Program-made: the position numbers and the translations under genes | Part shown: positions 55,981 to 64,000 of the stretch, in pieces | Layout: every line of letters starts with the position of its first letter | How positions within the stretch are numbered: position 1 is the first letter of the stretch | Source: Chloroflexota bacterium | GTDB lineage: Bacteria; Chloroflexota; Anaerolineae; Anaerolineales; Villigracilaceae | Direction: 5' to 3' | Length of the DNA: 64,000 bases | NCBI GenBank assembly: GCA_049324895.1 | Contig: JBMOMS010000173.1 | Coordinates: 708-64,707 of the forward strand | Notes under the pieces: generated by a model | Database searches by the model: none | Seen by the model: the letters and a program-made list of their open reading frames with translations, nothing else | Told to the model about the DNA's origin: nothing

Positions 55981-57116
55981 TGGCGCACGTACTCGATCAG
56001 GGCGGCGGCCACGCGCTTCACGTCCGCCTCGGTCAGGCGCAGGTGAATGGGCAGCGAGATGATGCGGTCGCTGGCGCGGTGCGAGTTGGGGCAGGTCCCG
56101 CCCGCGTAGGCGTACATCTTGTAAACGGTATTGTCGCGGTAATGCACGCCGGGGTAGATGCCATGCTGGTTCAGGTAGGCCATGGCCAGGTCGCGATTTT
56201 CGACCAGCACCTGGTACAGGTGGCGCGAGGGGGTGCAATCCGCGGACATGCGCACGGGCCGCACGCGCGGCTCCTCTGCGAAGGCTTCGTCGTACCAGGC
56301 CGCGATCTGGCGGCGGTAGGCATTGTCTTCGTCCACGTATTTGATGGCCACCAGTCCGATGGCCGCCATGATGGAGTTGCCGTGATACTTGTAGCCGACC
56401 TGCTCGACATCGTAGTACCAGCGGTAGGTGCCCTCTTTTTCGAGCGTGCGGGTATAGGTGTCCTTGTTGATGCCCAGCCAGGTCCACTTGCGCACTTCGC
56501 GGTCCAGCTCGGGGTCGCGGAAGCAGATCATGCCCGAGTCGGCGGTCGGCAGGTTCTTGACCGCCTGGAAGCTGAACACGCTCACATCCGACTCGTTCCC
56601 GACGTGCCGTCCGTCCTTGTGGAAGCTGCCCGTCATGTGCGCGGCGTCCAGGATCAGCTTGAGGTTCCGCTCGCGGCAAATTTCCACGATGCGCGGAAGC
56701 TGGCCGATATTGCCGCCCAGCCCGACGAAAATGACCGCGCGGGTGCGCTCCGTGATGCGGCTGAGGAGCGAGTCGGGGTCGAGGCACAGCATGTCGTCCA
56801 CGTCGGCGAAGACGGGAGTCAATCCCTCGTGCAGGATGGCGTGATTGGTGGAGACGAAGGTCAGGGGCGTGGTAATGACCTCATCCCCCGCCTGCCAGCC
56901 GCCCTGGAGTTTGAGCAGTTTGACCGCCAGGTTCAATCCCGAAGTGGCGGAGTCCAGGAAATGCGCCTGGGGCAGGCCGGTGTACTCACACCAGGCCTTT
57001 TCGAATTGCACGGTCTTGAAGCCCAGCCCGGTCCAGCCTTTTTCGAGACATTCGCGGATTTCAGCCAGCGTCTCGTCGACGCGGAAGGTGGGCACGAACA
57101 ATTGAATGGAATCCAA
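55977..57116 (-). CDS. DegT/DnrJ/EryC1/StrS-family sugar aminotransferase
   Basis: FVPTFRVDE N-terminus and a PLP-dependent fold. A TTG start at 57116 is proposed, with GAGG 5 nt upstream. The start is uncertain. Confidence 0.85.
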   Translation of the reverse strand: MDSIQLFVPTFRVDETLAEIRECLEKGWTGLGFKTVQFEKAWCEYTGLPQAHFLDSATSGLNLAVKLLKLQGGWQAGDEVITTPLTFVSTNHAILHEGLTPVFADVDDMLCLDPDSLLSRITERTRAVIFVGLGGNIGQLPRIVEICRERNLKLILDAAHMTGSFHKDGRHVGNESDVSVFSFQAVKNLPTADSGMICFRDPELDREVRKWTWLGINKDTYTRTLEKEGTYRWYYDVEQVGYKYHGNSIMAAIGLVAIKYVDEDNAYRRQIAAWYDEAFAEEPRVRPVRMSADCTPSRHLYQVLVENRDLAMAYLNQHGIYPGVHYRDNTVYKMYAYAGGTCPNSHRASDRIISLPIHLRLTEADVKRVAAALIEYVRQ

Positions 57117-57165
57117 TGGAACCTCGCTGCATGGGGAATGGCGCGGAACGCAAATGCGCCGCCTT

Positions 57166-57297
57166 GTAATTATACCCAGCGCGGTCACAAATTGCGCTTT
57201 TTTAGGGCGGGGAATGCGCGCTGCCCTGGCGCCCTCCGCCACGATAGTCCCCGAAGCAAAGCGGAGCGGGAGGGCGTGTGACCGTGGGTATTATATA
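57166..57297. repeat. Promoter-associated palindromic element, copy B
   Basis: Arms are TAATTATACCCAGCGCGGTCACAAATTGCGC and GTGTGACCGTGGGTATTATATAC. The minus-strand TATAAT (57168-57173) lies about 50 nt upstream of the aminotransferase start. Confidence 0.7.
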
Positions 57298-57386
57298 CGC
57301 CATGAACCCGCCGCGCCTGCTTTCAAAAGCTCCCGCCGCCGGGGACGGCAACGGGAGCCATTGTCATGGAAATGAGCTGGCGGGTT

Positions 57387-60248
57387 TTATGGCAGCAGCG
57401 GGATGTCGAAGGTCTTGTCGAGGAAGACCGCCATTTGCGCGCGGGTCACGCCAGACTTTGGACAGTAATTATCGCCTCCGCAGCCGCCCGTAATGCCGTC
57501 CGCGGCCAGCCTTTCGATCCAGGGAGCGAAGCCGTTGCCTTCAACGGGCACATCGGCAAAGACGCCGACCGCCGGGTCCGGGACGAAGGTTTGCCCAAAC
57601 TTGGTGCGCAGCAGGAAGACGGCCATCTGTTCACGCGTCACGGTTTTCTTGGGACAATAATTGGTGCCGCCGCATCCGCCGGTGATGCCCTGGGCGGCCA
57701 GTTCCTTGATCCACGGAGCAAAGGGACTGTTGATGGGCACATCCGTAAAGCCGGTACTGCTCCCCACCGGGGGAGGCAGATAGGATGGCCCATTCTTCGC
57801 GCGCAGGAGGAAGACCGCCATTTGCTCGCGTGTCACGAAGGTGTCGGGACAATATTTCACCGGGTTTGTGCTGCAACCGCCGGTCACCTGGACATTGTAC
57901 AGTCCTTCCACGAAGCGCCAGGCCCAATAATTCCCCTTGACGTCCGAGAAGGTGGTGGCATTGAATACCAGGTCACCGCCGGTGGGCGCAACATCATTGG
58001 ACTGGCCGGTCTCGATGTAATACGTGACGCCTGACTCGGCGGCAAAGGACAGGGCGGATTGTTTGTTGGTGTCGCTCGAATCGTCGTTGCACACCACGGG
58101 CGTGAAATCGCCGGGCGAACCGGTCCACACCGCCAGGAAGGTATCGTAATTCGACCCCAGGGTATCGAGGTAGACGAAACGATTGTCCGTCGGGTTGTAT
58201 TCGAACCACAGCGTGGCGCTGCCCTGGCCCAGCCCGCAATTGGTGACCTCCGGGTCATCCTCCGACACGGAGGCAATGGTGGTATCGGCCGTGTGCTGGT
58301 AAGGAATGGTGAGCATTTCCAGGGAGCCGTCGAAATTGTCCTCGGAAAGGGTCAGGTAAAAGTCCACAGAGGTGGCGGGCGGGGTGGCGGTCGTCGTGGC
58401 GGGATTATGTTCGGTCGCGGTGGCCGTCAGGGACATCTGCACGGAAGGCATGTATTTGAGGGTGTAGATGCCATCCGCGCCGGTAACGGCGGCAAAGCCG
58501 GTATCGGTGGTCACCAACGCGCCTACAATCGGCTGATTGGTCAACGCATCGTACACGGTGCCGCCGATGGTGCTGGTCGCCGGGGTGGTGCAGGTCCCCG
58601 TCCCAAAATTGAATTTGGCGATGCTGGTTTTCCAGTCTGTCGCTCCGCCGCCGTTGTCGTAATACTCGTTTGTGTACCAGAACGTGCATTGATCGAGCGG
58701 GTCGACCACCAGGGAACTGTAATTGCCCCAACGGCTGTTTTCATCCGTCTGGATGCCCGTGCCAGCCCAAATCGTGGCTTCGCCCTGCGCGAGTTGGCCG
58801 GGCGTGTCCGCAGCCAGGCGGCCGGCATAGCGGATGGAGGGTTTGTTGAGGCTGCCGGAGGCTGAATAACCAACGGCGATATTGCCGCTCGCATCCATGG
58901 CGGCGCTGCCCATCCAGCGATGCACCGTGTCAGCGTAGGTATGCGTGCCCTGGTCGGCCACGCTCCACTCATCCAGGTCGTTGGTTTGCAGGTGATACCA
59001 GCGCACGCCGGCGCGGTCTGCTCCCGTATCCACCGTGTGATTGAGGATCAGGTGTCCGTCGCCATCCAGGTAGCGGTATTGCGCGCGATACATCAGGCGG
59101 TCCGAGAGCACGTCCAGGTATTGGCTGGTGGTCGCGCCCTGTTGGGGAATGCAGTCGTAGGTATAGGTGGTGGTGTTGCAGGCGAATTTGGAATCGAAAC
59201 TGCTGACGGCCAGGTTCTTGGCCTCGCCCCAGGCGGCGAATTCGTTATTCCAGTTGACGTCCATCTGCCAGATGCGAACCTGGTCGGCCGGCGCGCCGCG
59301 CCCGTCATCGTCGATCTGCAGGAAAAATCCCGGTGTATCGGCCGGCGGCGGGAATCCATCCAGGTCGGCTGGAATCATCCTGGACAGTTCCGGGTTGGAA
59401 AGGAACAAGTCGAAATAGATCATGCGGGCGTTCTGGCCCACCAGCATCCTGGGGCGTTCGAACACTGCCGCTCCCTGCCCGGCGGCGGACCAGGTGCCCA
59501 GCGAGGAGTTGTACTTCCATTGGTCGACCGTCAGGTAATAACCGTTCGCCCAGACGGCCATTTTCGGCGAGGTGTACAGGTCGGCGTTGTTGGTGACAAT
59601 CTGGTAATCGTACAAATACCACAAATCGGAGACCGGGTCCGGCGTGACCGAGACCGCAATGCACTGGTGGTACTCGAAACTCGGGGCGGTGATGTCGCGC
59701 GCCATCTGGCTGATGATCCACCGGTCGGCCAGGTGGTCGTACAACACGATGGGCGAGCCTTCATCGTTGGTTTCGCACAGGCCGCCAAAACCCGCAAACA
59801 GGCTGCTGATGCGCCGATAGAGTTCCAACACACTGCCAGACGGGTTGATGACCTTGAAGAGGTTATTCACCACCTGGACGTAGTGCCCCGGCCCAATGTC
59901 GCCATTGGTGTCGGGCGGGTTGACCAGCAGGCCGGTTCCAACCGGCGAGAGGTTATCCTGATTGGACAGTCCGGGATAAACAATCGGAGCGGGCATGGCC
60001 CCAACCTGATTCCCGGTCGGGAGGCTGACCTGCGGCGCCATCTCTGCGAGTGCAAGGGCAGACGATTTGTAAGGCTGGCTGATCCCAACCTTGACCGGTT
60101 GAATGGTGATTGGCTGCGGCCCGTCGAGGGCGGGGGCCGGCTCCTGCGCGCGCGCGACGGCAGACAGCGGGGGCGGTACCATCGTCAAGGTCATGACAAC
60201 CAGGACCAGGAACGAAAAGAGGCGCATCCGGGGGGGTGTTTTCTTCAT
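57387..60248 (-). CDS. Large secreted surface protein with three C-terminal SLH domains
   Basis: 953 aa. Signal peptide and a PPC-like domain. There are three SLH repeats, each containing GITGGC..YCP and TREQMAVFL. Confidence 0.85.
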   Translation of the reverse strand: MKKTPPRMRLFSFLVLVVMTLTMVPPPLSAVARAQEPAPALDGPQPITIQPVKVGISQPYKSSALALAEMAPQVSLPTGNQVGAMPAPIVYPGLSNQDNLSPVGTGLLVNPPDTNGDIGPGHYVQVVNNLFKVINPSGSVLELYRRISSLFAGFGGLCETNDEGSPIVLYDHLADRWIISQMARDITAPSFEYHQCIAVSVTPDPVSDLWYLYDYQIVTNNADLYTSPKMAVWANGYYLTVDQWKYNSSLGTWSAAGQGAAVFERPRMLVGQNARMIYFDLFLSNPELSRMIPADLDGFPPPADTPGFFLQIDDDGRGAPADQVRIWQMDVNWNNEFAAWGEAKNLAVSSFDSKFACNTTTYTYDCIPQQGATTSQYLDVLSDRLMYRAQYRYLDGDGHLILNHTVDTGADRAGVRWYHLQTNDLDEWSVADQGTHTYADTVHRWMGSAAMDASGNIAVGYSASGSLNKPSIRYAGRLAADTPGQLAQGEATIWAGTGIQTDENSRWGNYSSLVVDPLDQCTFWYTNEYYDNGGGATDWKTSIAKFNFGTGTCTTPATSTIGGTVYDALTNQPIVGALVTTDTGFAAVTGADGIYTLKYMPSVQMSLTATATEHNPATTTATPPATSVDFYLTLSEDNFDGSLEMLTIPYQHTADTTIASVSEDDPEVTNCGLGQGSATLWFEYNPTDNRFVYLDTLGSNYDTFLAVWTGSPGDFTPVVCNDDSSDTNKQSALSFAAESGVTYYIETGQSNDVAPTGGDLVFNATTFSDVKGNYWAWRFVEGLYNVQVTGGCSTNPVKYCPDTFVTREQMAVFLLRAKNGPSYLPPPVGSSTGFTDVPINSPFAPWIKELAAQGITGGCGGTNYCPKKTVTREQMAVFLLRTKFGQTFVPDPAVGVFADVPVEGNGFAPWIERLAADGITGGCGGDNYCPKSGVTRAQMAVFLDKTFDIPLLP

Positions 60249-60482
60249 GCGAATTTCCTTTCGAGAGGTAACAATAATGAAACTGGAATAATTATACAGT
60301 TTCGAGCGCAGGCAGGGGTTTTCAATTCCATATCAAATGCCCGCGGGATTCTCATCTGGCAGGCTGCGCATTTTGATGGCCGTTCCCGTCGACAAAAAAC
60401 TCCCGCCTCGAAAAGAAACTTCGAGGCGGGAGGCTGGTTCCGTGATCGATGGCGTTCGAGCGCCGCCAGGGCGGGGGGACAG

Positions 60483-62645
60483 TTACGGCAGGGGCGCGAT
60501 ACCGAAGGTGACACTCAGGAACACGGCCATTTGCTCGCGGGTCACGTATTCATCCGGGCAGTAGTTGCTGGCATCGCAGCCGCCGGTAATGCCTTGAGCG
60601 TGCAATTCCTCGATCCACTTGGCGGCCCAATGAGCCAGGGGCACATCATCGAACACCGCGCCGCTAGCCAGGCCGGGCACAACGCCATTCGCCGTGAGCA
60701 GGAAGACCGCCATCTCGGCGCGGGTGACGAAGGCATCCGGGCAGTAATTGCCGCCGCCGCAGCCAGCGGTGATCCCATCGGCCACCAACTGCTCGATGTA
60801 ATCAGCCGCCCAATGAGAGGCAGGCACGTCATCGAACAGGCCCGTGGCATCGGGTGGGGTATAAGCTGTGCCATGCTTGGCCTTGACCAAAAAGACCGCC
60901 ATCTGGGCGCGGCTCACATTTTGGGTCGGGCAGAACAGCAGGTCCGGGCTGGTGGAACAGCCGCCCGTGATGCCCTCCGCATAGATGCCTTCGATGTAGG
61001 GCCAGAAGGCGGAGTTGCCCTTCACATCCGCAAAGTTCTTGACCTGGAATTTGAGCGTCCCGCCGGGCGCCGCCAGGGGCGTGGTGTTGGGGTTGCGCTG
61101 CGCCACCTGGATGTAATAGGTCATGGTATTGGTCACGCTCAGCGACACCGCCGACTGGTAGCTGCCGGGCGCGTTGTCGTTGCAGGTCAGCAGGGTCAAC
61201 GAATCGTCCACGTTCTTCTTCCACACCGCAATGAAGGTGTCGTAGTTGCTGCCGTAGGTATCCAGGTAGATCTTGCGGTTGTCGGTAGCCACGTACTTGT
61301 ACCAGACAGAGGCAAAGCCCAGCCCGTTGGAACAGGAGTTGCCCGTACCGGTATCGACCGTGGCCGCGGCCGTATTCAGGGGGATGATCTGGTAGGGCGG
61401 CGCAACGGGGATGTCGGTCGCGTTATTGATGGTGTCGTTGGGCGGGCCGTCGCTTGTGGTGAATTCCCACCACACGTTCGTGCCATTGCCTTCCACAGTG
61501 CCCTGGGGATTGGTGGCTCGCACCTGCCAGTAATACGTGTAATTGGGAGTCAAACCGCCCACCAGGGTGATGAAGGTGGATGAACCGTTGCTCACCCAGT
61601 TGGTATCGCAGAGATTGTTATCAACGGTGTCGATACAATAGGAATAGCTGGTGGCGTAGGTGCTCGAACCCCAGGCCAGGACGGGCGTCGTCGACTGCCC
61701 GACAGCGTTGTCGGCCGGCAGGGTCTTGACGAAGGCAATCGGCGGCGAAGGCGGCTCGGTCGGGGTGGCGGTCTTGGTCGGGGTGGAGGTCTTGGTGGGC
61801 GTAGCGGTGATCGTACCCGTGGGGGTGGCGGTGCCGCTGCCGGTGCTGAAAGCCCACCAGGTGCCGCTGTCGGCCCCAACCTTGCTGTTGTCGGTAAGCA
61901 CCGCTTCGACCTGCCAGTAGTACACATTGTTGACGGCCAGGGTCACGGTCACGCTGGTGCCGCTCCAAACGGAGGTCCAGCCGCCCGTGGCGTCGCAGTT
62001 GGAATTGGCGACCTGGTCGATACAGTAGCGGTAATGGCCGAATTTCGTTCCCGTATAGGCCGCCCAGGTCAGGGTGGGCTTGGAGGCAATGCCGGTCGCA
62101 TTGTTCGCGGGGTAGGTCTTGACGAAGGTCACCGCCTGCGGCTCGGGGTCGGGCGCGCCAAACTGCGGCGCAAGTTCGGTCGTTTCGCTGGCCCACACCG
62201 TCAGGCAGGCCAGCGCGGGGGCGTCCTCGCAGCCGGCAAATTCCACCAGGGCGTAGATGCCGCTCTCATGATAGTAGATGGAAAGAACGCCGTTCTTCTG
62301 GGGCTGGGAATCGACCAGCTTCCATCCCTTTTCCTCCATGCCCGGAGTGGCGTAATATTCGGCAACATCCTCGCGCGCCTCGTAATTGAATTCTTCCACG
62401 GCGCCATAGGCATTGCCCGCCAGGGTCACCTCGCTGCCGTTCACCTCGAAGGTCCGCTCCGCCTGGCCGAGATCGTTCCACGAGAGCTGCGGAGACAGGG
62501 GCGCCAGGATGCCGTCGATCTGAATGGGGGGTTTCTGGGCCAGGGCCGAAAGGCTCGGGGCAAAGATGGATGCAATCACCCCCAATACCAGCAGGAGTTT
62601 GGGCCACTCTTGAAAAAGTTTCTTTTTATTGGTATCGATTTTCAT
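60483..62645 (-). CDS. Secreted surface protein with two Fn3-like YCID..YYWQV modules, a PPC-like domain and three SLH domains
   Basis: 720 aa. The start is set at the ATG at 62645 (MKIDTNKKK, signal peptide), after AAAGGA. The ORF-track start further upstream was rejected. Confidence 0.85.
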   Translation of the reverse strand: MKIDTNKKKLFQEWPKLLLVLGVIASIFAPSLSALAQKPPIQIDGILAPLSPQLSWNDLGQAERTFEVNGSEVTLAGNAYGAVEEFNYEAREDVAEYYATPGMEEKGWKLVDSQPQKNGVLSIYYHESGIYALVEFAGCEDAPALACLTVWASETTELAPQFGAPDPEPQAVTFVKTYPANNATGIASKPTLTWAAYTGTKFGHYRYCIDQVANSNCDATGGWTSVWSGTSVTVTLAVNNVYYWQVEAVLTDNSKVGADSGTWWAFSTGSGTATPTGTITATPTKTSTPTKTATPTEPPSPPIAFVKTLPADNAVGQSTTPVLAWGSSTYATSYSYCIDTVDNNLCDTNWVSNGSSTFITLVGGLTPNYTYYWQVRATNPQGTVEGNGTNVWWEFTTSDGPPNDTINNATDIPVAPPYQIIPLNTAAATVDTGTGNSCSNGLGFASVWYKYVATDNRKIYLDTYGSNYDTFIAVWKKNVDDSLTLLTCNDNAPGSYQSAVSLSVTNTMTYYIQVAQRNPNTTPLAAPGGTLKFQVKNFADVKGNSAFWPYIEGIYAEGITGGCSTSPDLLFCPTQNVSRAQMAVFLVKAKHGTAYTPPDATGLFDDVPASHWAADYIEQLVADGITAGCGGGNYCPDAFVTRAEMAVFLLTANGVVPGLASGAVFDDVPLAHWAAKWIEELHAQGITGGCDASNYCPDEYVTREQMAVFLSVTFGIAPLP

Positions 62646-63105
62646 ATTTTTCCTTTCGATAGAAGCCAGGGCCGTTGCCGTAAACCGGGACGTTCCACGC
62701 AAGCGAAAAGTTCCCGCTTCAGGCAGCTTCGGCCTGGCTATTGGTTGCGCCTCCAGGTGAATGGAACCTGTCCTGGGTGTCGCTTCTCCGAAACACGCGT
62801 ACACAAGGTTTTATATCGCACCCGGGTATTGTATTATAACGCGGAAAGGCCGTTCCACCCCGCCGGGGCAGAACGCACGATCAATCGGGACGAAGTTTGG
62901 CTCGATACGCCTCCTTACATTGAAGGGTGGGAGTGAAGCGGGCATGTTGGGGGAATATTTTACTATAAAGAGGGAGGACAATTTATACTTACCAAGTCCG
63001 AATTGTGCCAGCCGCCCCTTGCGTAATCCAGCTTTGCGAAGGCTGGCTGGACAGGCTCGGACGACATGAGAAAGCGCGCTCGTTTTTGCGTCCGTCGCGC
63101 AGCAT

Positions 63106-63176
63106 GTGATACCCAGTGATAATTGCGCATTCCACTCCCCCAAAAAGCGCAATTTTCACCCGAGTGCGGTATTAGA
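63106..63176. repeat. Promoter-associated palindromic element, copy D
   Basis: GTGATACCCAGTGATAATTGCGC, an 18-nt centre, then AGCGCAATTTTCACCCGAGTGCGGTATTAGAC. Confidence 0.7.
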
Positions 63177-63341
63177 CTGGCAAGGCATGCCCCTGTCCCT
63201 TGCCAGTCTTTTTCAGCATCCCGCCCGGACAGGTCGATTGCGGCAGGCGGAGAATGGTCAAAGCTGCGCCCAGCCCTGACCAAAAAACGGCTCCTCCGCG
63301 CGAGGCTGCTTTTCTGAATCAGGAAAACGGGATCAGCCGCA

Positions 63342-63896
63342 TCAGGAATCTGCCGTGATGAAACTCCACCAGGCGTTCCGGTCGGCCTCCACGACACCCG
63401 CCGTGTTGGCGGCCCGCACCTGCCAGTAATACTGCGTTCCCGGCAGCAGGCCGGATACGACGGTATAGGTGCTGACACTGCTGGTGCGCACCCATAGCGT
63501 GTCGCATCGATCGTTGTCGGTGGTATCGATGCAGTAGAAATACTCGACGCCATAGCTGCTGGGAGTCCAGGACAGCGTCAGCGTGGTCGGCTGGCTGGCG
63601 GCCCCATCTGCAGGCTGGAGTTTGCCGAATGCGGCCGGCGGAACAACTTTCCTGGTCGGTACGGCCGTCTTGCTCGGCGTGGCGGTCTTGGTCTTGGTGA
63701 CGACCTTGCTTGGCGTGACCGTCCTGGTCTTCGTGAGGGTCTTCACTCTGGAGGTCGGTGTCGCGGTTTTGATGGCCCTCGCGGAGTCAGACTCCACGCT
63801 CGGCAGGGCGGCATATCCCGTGATCGGAATCGCCGCGGCAAGCACCAGACAGGCCAGGACCGCCGCAAAACGGTGGAACAGGGGTTTGTATGGCAT
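63342..63896 (-). CDS. Secreted protein with a Thr/Lys/Pro-rich linker and one Fn3-like YCID..YYWQV module
   Basis: 184 aa. The start is set at the ATG at 63896, after AAGGAG. Signal peptide. The module is paralogous to those in 60483-62645. Confidence 0.75.
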   Translation of the reverse strand: MPYKPLFHRFAAVLACLVLAAAIPITGYAALPSVESDSARAIKTATPTSRVKTLTKTRTVTPSKVVTKTKTATPSKTAVPTRKVVPPAAFGKLQPADGAASQPTTLTLSWTPSSYGVEYFYCIDTTDNDRCDTLWVRTSSVSTYTVVSGLLPGTQYYWQVRAANTAGVVEADRNAWWSFITADS

Positions 63897-64000
63897 GGTT
63901 TCTCCTTTTGATGAGAGGATGGGACGGATTCGGGCGCATACCCGCCCCAACATGGACGGACTTTGAGTCCAGGTTCAATATAGGATGAAGACCCCGCTTC

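Noticed and set aside
62963-63553. 196-aa ORF in the long region upstream of the SLH protein gene. Similar intergenic ORFs lie at 35067-35291, 35505-35966, 8805-9084 and 11615-12157.
   Set aside because: They span repeat elements or the ncRNA candidate. They have no start context and have low-complexity or arbitrary composition. 62963-63553 also overlaps the real gene at 63342-63896 out of frame.

Overview
High-GC (about 60% or more by eye) bacterial chromosomal segment. Gene content suggests a Chloroflexota/Anaerolineae-like organism: SLH proteins with a GITGGC..YCP variant, leaderless promoters and many intergenic hairpin repeats. The taxonomy is an inference only. In order, the window contains:
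- gatCAB-aspS-(DUF433/DUF5615 TA)-asnS
- a GH25-LysM muramidase
- a 6S-like RNA candidate
- an rfbDABC + wzt/wzm rhamnose/ABC-exporter operon
- tRNA-Lys(CUU)
- an ECF sigma/anti-sigma module
- a denitrification island: three NnrS-like membrane proteins, a Crp/Fnr regulator, DUF1858, and a cupredoxin-cytochrome c-NirS fusion
- a HEAT-repeat protein
- an HD-GYP/GGDEF pair
- housekeeping genes: ltaE, rluD, lspA, alr, ubiB-like, tsaD, pepP-like, selA
- a MazF TA pair
- an IR-bounded GxxExxY cassette
- a glycan cluster dominated by a 1438-aa sulfotransferase/coiled-coil/GT1/RgpF protein
- three secreted surface proteins, two of them with triple SLH anchors

No rRNA, CRISPR array, transposase or integrase was seen.

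The most notable non-obvious signals are:
- an unannotated 26-codon Asn/Asp-rich leader peptide with a trp-style attenuator in front of aspS
- the WbbB-like 'molecular ruler' glycan synthase carrying a sulfotransferase head
- a NirS fusion whose cupredoxin module has Asp in place of the copper-ligand Cys
- several families of promoter-associated or palindromic intergenic elements

Most long antisense ORFs in the supplied track are GC-driven shadow ORFs.
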